Positions 1-10,255 are shown, numbered from the stretch's first letter. The stretch is 64,000 nucleotides of DNA from an uncultured Gemmatimonadales bacterium (GCA_963748815.1 CAVVKJ010000006.1:32001-96000); one strand, 5' to 3'. Notes: a model not told the origin generated them from the letters alone. Numbers and translations are program-made.

Positions 1-727
1 CGGCCTCCGGGAGCGGAATGCCGCGCAGTGCCCACGCCTCCGCGAACGACCCCGTCCCCCCGGCGACCAGCTCCGACTCGGCGGTCGATTCCGCGAGGTG
101 CACCGCGATCGGCAGCGCCTCCCGCTCTGCGAACTCCGCCACCGCACGGTAGAGAGCGCCGCTCACGGTGTACGGTGCGTGCGGCGACACGCCGAGCCGC
201 ACCCGCTCCGACGTGAACTGGCGGAGCTCCGCCACCCGCGCTTCGAGTCCCGCCATGCTCTCCGCGACCTGGTCGGGATGGGGCCCGAACACCTCGTGAT
301 AGGCGACGCCGCTTCCCCCGGCCTCCGCCAACGCCTGGATGACGGCGCCGCTGTCGCCGGTGTCGGCGACGGTGGTCACGCCCGCCGCGTGGCAGTCCGC
401 GAGCCCCTGGCGCGCTGCAGCGAGGTAGTCCGCCGCGGGTCGGTCGCCCTTGAGCGCACGAATGCGCCGGATCCAGGCGGAAAAATCCGCTTCGTCCGCC
501 ATGCCGGCGAAGCCGGTGAGTTCGAGATGGGTGTGGGTGTTGACCAAGCCGGGAAGGATGACAGAGTCTGGCCACTCGGCGTGCTGAGCGTCGTCAGGCC
601 GCGGAACGTCGTCACGATGGCCAACGGCGTCGATTCGTCCATCACTCCCGATCAGGACCGCGCCGTCCCGGATCGGCGGCCCGTTCATCGGAATGAGCCA
701 CCCTGCGGTCAGGAACCGGGGGCGCAC
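1..727 (-). CDS. Amidohydrolase-superfamily metalloenzyme (MTA/SAH or aminodeoxyfutalosine deaminase-like), 3' end runs off the window
   Basis: Own translation from GTG at 727: MRPRFLTAGWLIPMNGPPIRDGAVLI...PGLVNTHTHLEL...GVTTVAD...SPHAPYTV...AVHLAES (HxH metal motif). Not in the ORF track because it has no stop inside the window. Confidence 0.85.
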   Translation of the reverse strand, partial: MRPRFLTAGWLIPMNGPPIRDGAVLIGSDGRIDAVGHRDDVPRPDDAQHAEWPDSVILPGLVNTHTHLELTGFAGMADEADFSAWIRRIRALKGDRPAADYLAAARQGLADCHAAGVTTVADTGDSGAVIQALAEAGGSGVAYHEVFGPHPDQVAESMAGLEARVAELRQFTSERVRLGVSPHAPYTVSGALYRAVAEFAEREALPIAVHLAESTAESELVAGGTGSFAEAWALRGIPLPEA

Positions 728-728
728 G

Positions 729-2904
729 CTACTGGCCGTCGGGCGCGGGCTCGACTGGGGCGACTTCGACCTCCGTGGACCGGCCGAACGGCAGGTGCAC
801 CGGGCAGGCCTCGTTCGGCTCGCTGCCGGGCAGGAACCATTCCGTGACCCGCACCGCCGTCGGACAGTACGGCGAGGCCCGGAAACCGGTCGTCTTGTCG
901 ATCTCGGCGCTGACGAGGCCGTCCGGCTGGGCCCAGCCCCCGGGGGTGGGGCGCCGCTCGTAGACCTCCAGCATCATCTGCTGCCACGCCGGTGCCGCGA
1001 GCAGGCCGCCCTGCGCGTTCGGCTTGATCCGCTCCGGCACATCGAGCCCGAACCAGAAGCCGGTGACGAGATCGGAGGTGTAGCCGACGAACCAGACGTC
1101 GTTGCCGTCGTTGGTGGTGCCGGTCTTGCCGCCGACCGGGAAGCGGATGCCGGCCACGGCGCGGGTGCCGGTGCCGCGACGCACCACGTCCTGCAGCGCC
1201 CCGTTCATGATCCAGGCGAGCGGCGGGTCCATGACCGGATCGAGGCGGGGCTTCGGCTGCCAGAGGATGTTGCCCTGGCGGTCCTCCACCCGGAGGATTC
1301 CCATCGGGGTGGCCCGTTCCCCCTGGTTGGCGAAGGCGGTGTACGCCGCAATCAACTCCAGCGGCTTGACTACCGACGAGCCGAGATGGATCGACGGGAC
1401 CGCCAGCATCGGGGAGGCGACGAGGCCGAAGCGCGTCCCCTCGGCGATGACCGCCTCCTCGCCGATTTCCATCCCGAGCTTGATCGCGATGATGTTGACG
1501 GACTTGTAGAGCGCCTGCCGGAGCGGCATCGCGCCGGCGAAGCTGTTGTCGTAGTTCTGCGGCTCCCACGCCTCCTGCGCCCCGGGCATCTGCACGGTGA
1601 TGGGCTCGTCCACCATCACGGTGGAGAGGGGAATCCCGGCCCGGACGCCAGCGGTGTAGACGATCGGCTTGAAGGTGGAGCCGGGCTGCCGCAGCGCCTG
1701 CGTGGCGCGGTTGAACTTGCTGTCCTCGAAGTCACGCCCGCCGACCATGGCCAGGATGTACCCGGTCTTCGCCTCGAGGGTGACGGCCAGTCCCTGCAGG
1801 TACGGCGAAAAGGTGGGCCCGACTTCGTCCTCCGACTCCGCCTTCTGCTCGAGGTAGGCGGCGTAACTCAGGTGCCGGTAGGGGCCGTAGGTGCCCGCCT
1901 CGATGGCGCTCAGCTGCGATCTCGAGGGCCCGCTCCGCCGACTGCTGGACCTCGAGGTCGAGGGTGGTGTAGACCCGGAGCCCGTCGGTGTAGAGCCGCG
2001 GCCCGAAGCGCGCGTCGAGCTGCTGGCGGATGTACTCGACGAAGTACTCGGCCACCGCGCTGAAGTCATCGCGCGAGGAGAGCAGCAGCGGGTAGGCCTT
2101 CCAGCGGTCCGCCTCCTGCCGGGTGATGGCGCCCTGTTCGGCGAGGAGGTTGAGGATGAGGTTGCGCCGCTGGATGGCGCGCGCGGGGTGCCGCCGCGGA
2201 TTGTAGCGGCTCGGCGCCTTCGGCATGGCGGCGAGGGTGGCGGCCTCCGCCACGTTCAGGTCGCGGGACGACTTGCCGAAGTAGCGCTGCGACGCCGCCT
2301 CGACGCCGAACGCCCGGTTGCCGAGGTCGATCTGGTTGAGGTAGAGCTCGAGGATCTTGTCCTTGTCGTACCGGGCCTCGATCTCCAGCGCCACCTTGGC
2401 TTCGCGGATCTTCCGGTCGAGCGAGCGCTCGCGGCGGTTGAGATCCTCGGGAAAGAGGTTGCCGGCCAGCTGCATGGTGATGGTCGAGAACCCCTCGCTG
2501 ACCCCGCCGGCGAGGATGTTCGCCTTGACCGCGCCGAAGAACCGGATCCAGTCGACGCCGTGGTGCTGGTAGAAGCGCTTGTCCTCGGTGGCCAGGAAGG
2601 CGGCCACGATGGCGGGCGACATCTCCTGCAGGCTGACGACCGTCCGCCGCTCCTTGCCGAGGTCGGTGATGAGGCGGCCGTCGGCGGCGTAGACCTTGGA
2701 GGCCTGGTCGGGGTCGTAGCTGTCGAGCCCGGCGATGGAGGGGCACCGGTTGCCGGAGCAGGCGCGCACCCAGATCCCGATGCCCAGGGCGGCGCCGAAG
2801 ACCGTCACCCCGAGGATGGTGAGGAGGACGCCCCGGCGGATTTTGGGGGTGCGCCACCACCGGAGGAGGGTGTCGCGGAGGGTGGCGAGCAGGGAACCGA
2901 GCAT
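729..2904 (-). CDS. mrcA: Class A penicillin-binding protein (PBP1A family), +1 frameshift near 1920
   Basis: ORF 1732..2904 gives TM plus transglycosylase (EDKRFYQHHGVD, STITMQL, RKIRE, YLNQI). ORF 729..2069 gives the transpeptidase (QPGSTFK, SVN, GKTGT). Removing one base at ~1920 (GAG-A-TCG) joins them. Confidence 0.9.
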
Positions 2905-2932
2905 TGAGGGAAAGTAATCGTCCCCCTAGGTT
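2904..2932 (+). promoter_or_regulatory. sigma70-type promoter of tyrS, overlapping a divergent -10 element for mrcA
   Basis: TTGAGG(2904-2909)-17 nt-TAGGTT(2927-2932), 8 nt before the tyrS ATG. On the minus strand TACTTT (2916-2911) lies 6 nt before the mrcA ATG. Confidence 0.55.
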
Positions 2933-2940
2933 TCTCCACC

Positions 2941-4206
2941 ATGCCGACCCTTCTCGAGACCATGACCGCCCGGGGGCTGGTCCACGACGCCACGCCGGGG
3001 CTGCAGGCCCGCCTGGCCAAGGGACCGGTGACCGCCTACATCGGGTTCGACCCGACCTCCGACTCCCTGCATGTGGGGAGCCTCCTCCCGGTCATGGGGC
3101 TGGCCTGGCTCCAGAAGTTCGGGGGACGGCCGATCGCGCTGGTGGGCGGCGGCACCGGCATGGTGGGCGACCCGAGCGGGAAGCGGGACGAGCGCCCGAT
3201 CCTGTCGGTGGACGTGATCGACCGCAACTCGGCCGCCCTCAAGACCCAGCTGGCGCACTTCCTCGACTTCGACGGGCCGGCCGCCGCCCGCGTCATGAAC
3301 AACGCCGACTGGCTCCGCGGACTGGGGCTGATGGAGTTCCTGCGCGACACCGGCAAGCACTTCACCGTCAACTACATGCTGCAGAAGGACTCGGTGCAGA
3401 GCCGGATGGAGACCGGCATCAGCTTCACCGAGTTCAGCTACATGCTGGTGCAGGCGTACGACTTCTGGCACCTCTTCCGCGAGGCCGGGTGCGAGCTGCA
3501 GATGGGCGGCAGCGACCAGTGGGGCAACATCACGGCGGGGATCGAGCTGATCGGGCGGCGGGAACAGGGCAGCGCTCACGGGCTCGTGATGCCGCTCCTC
3601 ACCACGGCGGGCGGCGCCAAGTTCGGGAAGAGCGAGGACGGCAACGTCTGGCTCGACCCGGCGCGCACCAGCCCCTACAAGTTCTACCAGTTCTGGCTCA
3701 ACACCGACGACCGGGACGTGGAACGCCTGCTGAACTTCTTCACTTTCCTGTCGGGTGACGAGATCGCGGCGGCCATGACCGAGCAGACCGCCGATCCGAG
3801 CCGCCGGTCGGCGCAGCGCCTCCTGGCAGGGGACATCACCGCCCGGGTGCACGGCGCGGACACCACCCGGCGCGTCATTGCCGCGAGCGCCATCCTCTTC
3901 GGCGGCACCGATCTTCGCGCCGCCGACGCCGGCGTCTTCGAGGTGCTGAGCGGCGAGATGCCGACCACGGCGCTCCCCGCGGGAATCCTCGACACCGGTC
4001 TCCCGCTGGTCGACGCCCTGGTCACGGCCGGCCTTGCCACCTCGAAGAGCGACGCGCGCCGGGGCATCCAGGGGAAGGGCTTCGCCGTCAACGGCGAGAA
4101 GACCGACGACGTGGAGCGGACCCTGACCTCAGGCGACCTGCTGGCCGGCGGATATGTGATGCTGCAGAAGGGGAAGAAGAATTACGCGTTGCTGAAGGTG
4201 GATTAG
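2941..4206 (+). CDS. tyrS: Tyrosine--tRNA ligase
   Basis: [15 protein letters not shown] (HIGH-like), [17 protein letters not shown]-terminal S4-like domain ending KGKKNY. Confidence 0.97.
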   Translation: MPTLLETMTARGLVHDATPGLQARLAKGPVTAYIGFDPTSDSLHVGSLLPVMGLAWLQKFGGRPIALVGGGTGMVGDPSGKRDERPILSVDVIDRNSAALKTQLAHFLDFDGPAAARVMNNADWLRGLGLMEFLRDTGKHFTVNYMLQKDSVQSRMETGISFTEFSYMLVQAYDFWHLFREAGCELQMGGSDQWGNITAGIELIGRREQGSAHGLVMPLLTTAGGAKFGKSEDGNVWLDPARTSPYKFYQFWLNTDDRDVERLLNFFTFLSGDEIAAAMTEQTADPSRRSAQRLLAGDITARVHGADTTRRVIAASAILFGGTDLRAADAGVFEVLSGEMPTTALPAGILDTGLPLVDALVTAGLATSKSDARRGIQGKGFAVNGEKTDDVERTLTSGDLLAGGYVMLQKGKKNYALLKVD

Positions 4207-4228
4207 GCGGGGAAGCGGGGAAGCGGGG
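4207..4228 (+). repeat. 8-bp tandem repeat (GCGGGGAA)n
   Basis: gcggggaa-gcggggaa-gcgggg directly after the tyrS stop codon. Confidence 0.8.
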
Positions 4229-4234
4229 CAGATT

Positions 4235-4368
4235 GTCATCCCCGCGAAAGCGGGGATCCAGTGACATCTACACTCTGGACCCCCGCTTTCGCGGGGGTGA
4301 CGACGCAATGGACCCCCGCTTTCGCGGGGGTGACGACGCAATGGCCCCCCGCTTCCGCGGGGGTGACG
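4235..4368. repeat. REP-like palindromic repeat cluster: one inverted copy plus three tandem 33-bp units
   Basis: GTCATCCCCGCGAAAGCGGGGATCCA (4235-4260), then TGGACCCCCGCTTTCGCGGGGGTGACGACGCAA at 4276 and 4309 and a variant at 4342. Each unit is a hairpin. Lies between convergent genes. Confidence 0.9.
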
Positions 4369-4384
4369 GCCAACGCCCCGCCAG

Positions 4385-5940
4385 CTACCACCGCGTCGTG
4401 CGCCGCCTGGTCTTCGGCGGCTTGGCTCCGAGCAGCCCGAAGAGGCCGCGTACCATCTCCCGCCCCACCGTCCGTCCCACCGTCGCCGCCAGGCTCCCCA
4501 ACAGCGCACCGCCGAGGACCTTCGAGGTCTTGGACATCGTACCCGGCTTTTCCTGCCTGGCAGGTGCGGCGGGCGCCGCGGGCATTTCGGCGGTCTTCTC
4601 GATGCGTCGCGCCAGCATTTCCCGGGCGCTGTCCCGATCGATCGACTGCCCGTATTCGGCCAGCAGGTCCGAGGTCCCGATGTCGGCCAGCAACTCCTCC
4701 GAAGTGAGCGGCGCCATCCGCGACGTCGGCGGGATCAGGCGGGTGGCCACCACCGGCGTCGGCACGCCGCGCGGGTTGAGCGCGGTCACCACCGCCTCGC
4801 CGATGCCGAGGGTGGTGAGCGTCTCCTCGAGATCGTAGTACGCAGTCTTCGGAAAGGTGCGTACGGTGGCGCGGAGCGCCTTGTCGTCGTCCGGCGTGTG
4901 GGCGCGGAGGGCGTGCTGCACCCGGTGCCCCAGCTGCGCCAGCACATCCGAGGGCACATCCTTGGGCGTCTGCGTCACGAAGTAGACGCCCACACCCTTG
5001 GAGCGGATCAGGCGGACCACCTGTTCCACCTGCTCCAGGAACGCCTTCGGTGCGTCGTTGAAGAGCAGGTGCGCCTCATCGAAGAAGAACACCAGTTTCG
5101 GCTTCGAGAGGTCGCCCGCCTCGGGAAGGTTCTGGTAGAGCTCGGCGAGCAGCCACATCATGAAGGTCGAGAAGAGGCGGGGCTTGTCCTGCACATCGGC
5201 GAGCTCCAGGCAGGTGACGACGCCGCGTCCGTCCGAGGTGCAGGTGAGCAGGTCCCGCACGTCGAATTCCGGCTCGCCGAAGAAGGCCTCCGCCCCCTGC
5301 TCTTCCAGCTCGATCATCTTCCGGAGCAGCACCCCCACCGACGCCGAGGACATCCCGCCGTACTCCTTGAGGGCCGGCTTGCCTTCGTCGCTGTCCAGGT
5401 ACTGCAGCACCGCCCGGAGGTCGGCAAAATCGAGCAACGGCATCCCCTGGTCGTCGCAGAACTTGAAGACGAGCGAGAGCACGCTGGTCTGGGTCTCGTT
5501 GAGCGACAGCACCTTGCCGAGGAGGAGCGGCCCGAACGAACTGACCGTAGCCCGCAGCTGCACCCCCAGCTTCCCCGTCAGGCTCACGAACTCCACCGGC
5601 ACGCCGGCGCCCTGCCAGTCCCACCCGATGCTCGCGGCCCGCTCCGCGATGCGCGTGTTCGTCTCCCCCGGCATGGCCAGGCCGGAGAGATCTCCCTTGA
5701 GGTCGGCCACGAACACCGGCACCCCCTGGGCGGACAGCTGCTCGGCGAGCAATTGCAGCGTCTTGCTCTTGCCGGTACCGGTGGCGCCGGCCACCAGGCC
5801 GTGGCGATTCATCATGGCCAGCGGAATGCAGACCCGGGGAGCGGGATGGACCGTGGCGCCCTCGAGCGCGGCGCCGAGGGTGACGCTGGGGCCGTCGAAG
5901 CCGTAGCCGGCTTGAGAGTGCGTCAGTGGAAGGAAGTCAT
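4385..5940 (-). CDS. DUF853/YjgR-like HerA-FtsK superfamily ATPase; probable start ATG 5940 with a frameshift in the first ~10 codons
   Basis: NRHGLVAGATGTGKSKT (Walker A), LVFFFDEAH (Walker B), IRSKGVG, RVQHALRA. The frame stays open upstream of 5815 (QAGYGFDGPSVTLGAALEG). An ATG with an AAGGA RBS at 5940 is out of frame by 2. Confidence 0.85.
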
Positions 5941-5996
5941 GGATCCTTGCTCAGATTCGGGAAACGAAGCCATCGCTTTTCGATGAGGCCACGGAA

Positions 5997-6131
5997 CAGG
6001 AACTGAAGACGAGGGAATGCCGGAAAACAGCAGAAGGTCGGAAAACTGCCTGGGTGGTCGCGTCCGCACCCCAGCAAGCAGTTCTTCCGTGTTTCCGGCT
6101 TTCTTCCGAGCTTCCCTCGTTTTCTTTCCTT
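5997..6131. other. Long imperfect inverted repeat (purine-rich arm / pyrimidine-rich arm)
   Basis: gaagacgagggaatgccggaa...cggaaaactgc pairs with gcagttcttccg...ttccgagcttccctcgttttc around a loop of about 28 nt. Confidence 0.55.
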
Positions 6132-6134
6132 GAC

Positions 6135-6228
6135 TGGACCCCCGCTTCCGCGGGGGTGACGACGCAATGGACCCCGGCTTTCGCCGGGGTGACGGCGGGA
6201 CCGACCCCCGCTTGCGAGGGGGTGACGA
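6135..6228. repeat. Second REP-like cluster, three 33-bp-period units of the same family as 4276-4368
   Basis: TGGACCCCCGCTTCCGCGGGGGTGACGACGCAA / TGGACCCCGGCTTTCGCCGGGGTGACG / CCGACCCCCGCTTGCGAGGGGGTGACG. The second unit shows a compensatory stem change. Confidence 0.9.
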
Positions 6229-6245
6229 CCACGCCGGCGCGACGT

Positions 6246-7388
6246 TCACACCCGATCCAGCATCCGCGTCACCCGTTCCATCTCATCGATTGTATTGAAC
6301 AGATGCGGGCTCAGCCGGATGGCCCCTTCGCGCACGCTGGCCACCACCCCCTGCGCGCGGATGACCTTGTACGCGTCGGCGGGCGCCGGCACCGCCACGC
6401 AGACGATTCCCGACCCGTGCGCTCCGACCGGCGAGGTGATCTTCACGCCCTTCCGGGCCGCCCACGCCAGGATCGGCGCCTGCACCGCGGCAATCTGCCG
6501 CGCAATGGCCGGAACCCCGACGTCGATCAGCAACTCCAGCGACTTGTTGTACCCGGCAAAGTCCTGGAAGGGGAGGCTGATCATCTCGTAGCGTTTGGCG
6601 TCCTCGCGGAGGCGCGGATCGTAGTCGGTGAGCCGGGTAAAGTCGTCGGTCCCCTCGAACGCCATCCATCCCATCACCACCGGCTCCACGACCGGAATCA
6701 GTTCCTTCCGCACGTAGACGAACCCGCTCCCCCAGGGAGAGAGCAGCCACTTCTGTCCCCCGCAGGCGAGGATGTCCACGGGGGTGGCCTTCAGGTCCAC
6801 CGGCACCGCGCCCAGGCCCTGGATCGCGTCCACCACGAGGAAAGTGCCGGTCTCCCGGGCGCGTTTCGACAGCCGGCCGAGGTCCACCTGGTATCCGTTG
6901 CTGAACTGGACCAGTGACACCGCCAGCACGCGGACCTTCGGGTCGCCCATCCGCTCGACGAGGAAATCCTCGTCGGGCCACCCCTCCGCCGTGACCGGCG
7001 CCAGCTCGAGCGACACGCCGCGATCCGCCAGCCGCATCCAGGGGTAGACATTGGCCGGGAATTCCCGGTCGCTGGCGAGCACCACATCGCCCTGCTCGAG
7101 CGGCAGCCCGCGCGCGGCGAGGTTGAGGCCGTAGCTGGTATTGAAGCAGAGGGCGATCTCGCCGGCCGTCACGTTCAGTAGCCGGGCGGTCAGCGCCCGG
7201 GCCTGGTCGAGCTCCGAGAAGAAATCGTGGTCGTTCATCCGGTGTGGCGCTGTACGCATCGCGCTGTATTCGTCCAGCCGGCGTCGGGTGCGCTCGGGGA
7301 TCGGCCCGATAGAGGCGCTGTTGAGGTAGATCGCCTCGTCGAGCGCGGGGAATTCCTCGCGGCGGAGGGCGGCGAAATCGGCGCTCAT
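6246..7388 (-). CDS. Aminotransferase class V (cysteine desulfurase/selenocysteine lyase-like PLP enzyme)
   Basis: IYLNSAS, VVDAIQG, CGGQKWLLSPWG (PLP lysine), IRLSPHLFN. Confidence 0.9.
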   Translation of the reverse strand: MSADFAALRREEFPALDEAIYLNSASIGPIPERTRRRLDEYSAMRTAPHRMNDHDFFSELDQARALTARLLNVTAGEIALCFNTSYGLNLAARGLPLEQGDVVLASDREFPANVYPWMRLADRGVSLELAPVTAEGWPDEDFLVERMGDPKVRVLAVSLVQFSNGYQVDLGRLSKRARETGTFLVVDAIQGLGAVPVDLKATPVDILACGGQKWLLSPWGSGFVYVRKELIPVVEPVVMGWMAFEGTDDFTRLTDYDPRLREDAKRYEMISLPFQDFAGYNKSLELLIDVGVPAIARQIAAVQAPILAWAARKGVKITSPVGAHGSGIVCVAVPAPADAYKVIRAQGVVASVREGAIRLSPHLFNTIDEMERVTRMLDRV

Positions 7389-7397
7389 GGGACGCTC

Positions 7398-8240
7398 CTA
7401 CCGTTCGGTGCGGAATTTGGGATCGTACGCCTCGCGCAGCGTGTCACCCACCAGGTTGAACCCGAGGACCGCCAGACCGATGGCGATGCCAGGGGCGAAC
7501 GATACCCACGGCGCCACGCGGAGCAGGTCCCGTCCGTCGGCCACCATCGAGCCCCAGCTCGGCGTGGGAGGCTGGGCGCCGAGTCCCACGAACGACAGCG
7601 CCGCCTCCGCCATGATGGCGCCGGCCATGCCGAGCGTCGCGGCGACGATGACCTGGGCGCGGACATTCGGGAGGAGGTGCCGGAAGAGGATCCGGTGATC
7701 GGGCGCGCCGAGCGCCTGCGCGGCGACCACGTACTCGGCGCCCTTGAGCACCAGCACCTGCCCGCGAACCAGCCGGGCCATCGCGGCCCATCCGACGACG
7801 CCGATCACCACGAACACGACCGGAAGCGACGGGTTGACCGCCGCGGCCACCGCGATGAGGAGCAGCAGCGTGGGGAAGGCGAGGGTCACGTCGGCGAGGC
7901 GCATGATGAGCGCGTCCACCCGGCGGCCATAGTACCCCGAGATGAGGCCGAGGGTCACGCCCAGGAGGCTGGCGACGACCTGGCTGATGATGCCGACGGC
8001 GAGCGAGATCCGCGCGCCGTACACGACGCGGGTCAGCACGTCCCTGCCCTGCGTGTCGGTCCCCAGCAGATGCTCGAGGCTCGGCGGCAACAGGTAGGCG
8101 GTGGCAGGGTCGCCGGCATAGGGGCCGCCGGGGGCCACCCACTGGGCCAGCAGCGCGGCGCCCACCACCACGGCCACGAGGAGGAGGCCGAGCTGGAAGA
8201 AGCGGTCGCGGCGGAAGGGGGCGGCGAGGGGGGAGGGCAT
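7398..8240 (-). CDS. Peptide/nickel ABC transporter permease, DppC/OppC type
   Basis: HLLGTDTQGRDVLTRVVYGARISL, EYVVAAQALGA, EAALSFVGLG, PSWGSMV. Start ATG at 8240; the longer ORF-track extension is antisense to the patatin gene. Confidence 0.92.
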   Translation of the reverse strand: MPSPLAAPFRRDRFFQLGLLLVAVVVGAALLAQWVAPGGPYAGDPATAYLLPPSLEHLLGTDTQGRDVLTRVVYGARISLAVGIISQVVASLLGVTLGLISGYYGRRVDALIMRLADVTLAFPTLLLLIAVAAAVNPSLPVVFVVIGVVGWAAMARLVRGQVLVLKGAEYVVAAQALGAPDHRILFRHLLPNVRAQVIVAATLGMAGAIMAEAALSFVGLGAQPPTPSWGSMVADGRDLLRVAPWVSFAPGIAIGLAVLGFNLVGDTLREAYDPKFRTER

Positions 8241-8309
8241 CAATGAAGGTAAGTGAAGGGGAAAAAAGAGAAAGAGGACTTGGGACTTGGTCCATTGTAT
8301 TCTTACCCC

Positions 8310-9419
8310 ATGTCTTCTCCCCGCAACTTCAGCCTTGTCCTGGGTGGTGGCGGCCTCAAGGGGCTGGCGCACATCGGGGTGTTGCAGGCGCTGGAGGAAG
8401 CCGGGCTCCGGCCGAGCGGGGTCGTCGGCTCGAGTATCGGGTCGCTGATTGCCGCGGCGTGGGCCGCGGGGCGCTCGGTCGACTTCATGCGGGAGCGGGC
8501 CCTGCGCCTCAAGCGGCGGGACGTCTTCCAGGTGGCCCACAGCGACATGGCCTTCAAGCGGATGCGGTCGCCAGCCGTCTACCGACACGAGCCGCTCGAC
8601 GATCTCATCCACGAGATGGTGGGCGACAAGACCTTCGACGAACTCAAGCACCCCCTGATCGTCAACACGGTGGACATCAACTCGGGAATGCAGGTGCTCT
8701 GGGGCCTCCCCGGGCTCCGGTACGCCCGGGTGGCCGACGCGGTGTTCGCGTCGTGCGCGCTCCCGGGCATCCTCCCCCCGCGCGAGATCGCCGGACGGTG
8801 GTATGTGGACGGGGCGGTGGCCGACAATCTCCCGGTCAAGGCCGCCACCGTCTGCGGGCCGGGGCCGATCATCGGCGTGGACGTCAGCGCGTCGATGGCG
8901 CTCCGCTCGGAGGTCGAGAAGTCGGGCTTCGCGACGACCTACGCGCGCGGGCTCGAAATCGTCATGCAGACGATGCTGGAGCGGACGCTGCGCCTCTGGC
9001 AGTCGCCGCCGCTGCTGCTGGTGCATCCGCGGGTCGAGGACTACCCGATGTTCGTCTTCGACCGGACGCAGGAATTGATGGCCGAGGGGTACCGCGCCAT
9101 GCGGCAGCTGGTGCCGGAACTGCTGCGCCTGCTGGAATCGTCGGAGGTGGGCATCTTCCCGAAGACGCCGGTCCGCATCCACGTCGACCGGGCCCGCTGC
9201 ATCGGCTGCGGCGCCTGCGCCCTGCGGGCGCCGGGCATCTTCCAGATGGACGGATTGGGAAAGGCGGAGGTCGTGGCGCCGCGCCAGGCGTGGTCGCCGC
9301 TCGACGGCATCTACATCCGGAACTGCCCGACCTGGGCCATCAGCGCCCGGCCGGTGACCGGGGAGTGGAGTGGGCCACTCCCGATAGCGGCGGATCCAGC
9401 TACACGGAAGCCGGAATGA
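8310..9419 (+). CDS. Patatin-like phospholipase with a C-terminal single-cluster ferredoxin domain
   Basis: GGGGLKGLAHIG, GSSIG (GxSxG), YVDGA. C-terminus VDRARCIGCGAC...RNCPTWAIS. Confidence 0.9.
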   Translation: MSSPRNFSLVLGGGGLKGLAHIGVLQALEEAGLRPSGVVGSSIGSLIAAAWAAGRSVDFMRERALRLKRRDVFQVAHSDMAFKRMRSPAVYRHEPLDDLIHEMVGDKTFDELKHPLIVNTVDINSGMQVLWGLPGLRYARVADAVFASCALPGILPPREIAGRWYVDGAVADNLPVKAATVCGPGPIIGVDVSASMALRSEVEKSGFATTYARGLEIVMQTMLERTLRLWQSPPLLLVHPRVEDYPMFVFDRTQELMAEGYRAMRQLVPELLRLLESSEVGIFPKTPVRIHVDRARCIGCGACALRAPGIFQMDGLGKAEVVAPRQAWSPLDGIYIRNCPTWAISARPVTGEWSGPLPIAADPATRKPE

Positions 9420-9474
9420 GGACTGGGGACTGAGGACTGAGGTTGCATCGGAGCCCACTCAGTCCTCAGTCCTC
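9418..9474. repeat. Heptamer (GAGGACT-type) repeats in inverted arrangement between convergent genes; possible bidirectional terminator
   Basis: gaggact-ggggact-gaggact-gag ... ctc-agtcctc-agtcctc. Confidence 0.7.
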
Positions 9475-10224
9475 TGTTCGGTGTTCCCTCTCCCATAGGT
9501 ACGCATACTTCAAGAACCCCGCATACGCATCCAGCCCCGACTGCACGACTCCACGCCGGCCGTCGAGCACGCCACCCGCCAGGAAGTAGGCCTTCAGGAA
9601 TCGTCCGACCGGACGGAGTGCCAGGTCACTCCACCGGGCGCGGTGGCCCGCGTCCCAAAGATCGCCGGCGCCCCATTCCGCGTAGCGATTGAGCTTCTCC
9701 ACGTGGTGGGCCAGCGACCGGTAGGGATGATGGACGAGCGTCTGCTCGAGCTCCCCGACGTCCGCAACCGTTTCCAGCCCCTCGTGGACCCGGCGTTCGA
9801 CGTACCGGCGATGCTTTCCGAAGAGCCGCACGACCCAGTCCCGGGCCCATCCACCGCGCGTCTGCTCCACGCCGAGGTAGAAGTTGCGGCGGCGCACCCG
9901 ATACGCCTCGCGCGCCGGCGCGGTGAGGACCCGCGCCAGTTCGACGGCCAGTTCCGGCGTGACCCGCTCGTCGGCGTCGAGTGTGAAGATCCAGGCGTTC
10001 CGCGCGGCGGCGATGCCGGCGTTTCGCTGCGCGGCGATGGTCGGCCCGGTCCCCTCGAGGACCGTGGCGCCGGCGGCGCGGGCCAGGGCGATGGTGTCGT
10101 CGGTGGAGCCGGCATCGGCCACCAGGACCTGCTCGGCAAAGGCGGCGCTCCCGACACAGGCGGCGATGTTCGCCGCCTCGTTCAGGGTGGGGATGACGAC
10201 GGTCAGCGGGAGCGGTGCCTGCAC
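9466..10224 (-). CDS. Glycosyltransferase family 2 (WaaE/KdtX-like LPS core glycosyltransferase)
   Basis: LTVVIPTLNEA, DAGSTDDT, TLDADERVTPEL, RRVHE, KLNRYAEW. Confidence 0.88.
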   Translation of the reverse strand: MQAPLPLTVVIPTLNEAANIAACVGSAAFAEQVLVADAGSTDDTIALARAAGATVLEGTGPTIAAQRNAGIAAARNAWIFTLDADERVTPELAVELARVLTAPAREAYRVRRRNFYLGVEQTRGGWARDWVVRLFGKHRRYVERRVHEGLETVADVGELEQTLVHHPYRSLAHHVEKLNRYAEWGAGDLWDAGHRARWSDLALRPVGRFLKAYFLAGGVLDGRRGVVQSGLDAYAGFLKYAYLWEREHRTED

Positions 10225-10255
10225 GGGTCCTCGGGCGGCGTCGCCGGTGCGGAGA

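Noticed and set aside
4276..4368. 33-bp repeats here and at 6135-6228 as a CRISPR array
   Set aside because: Units are directly tandem with no unique ~30-nt spacers, only three copies each, and there are no cas genes. They fit REP-like palindromes.
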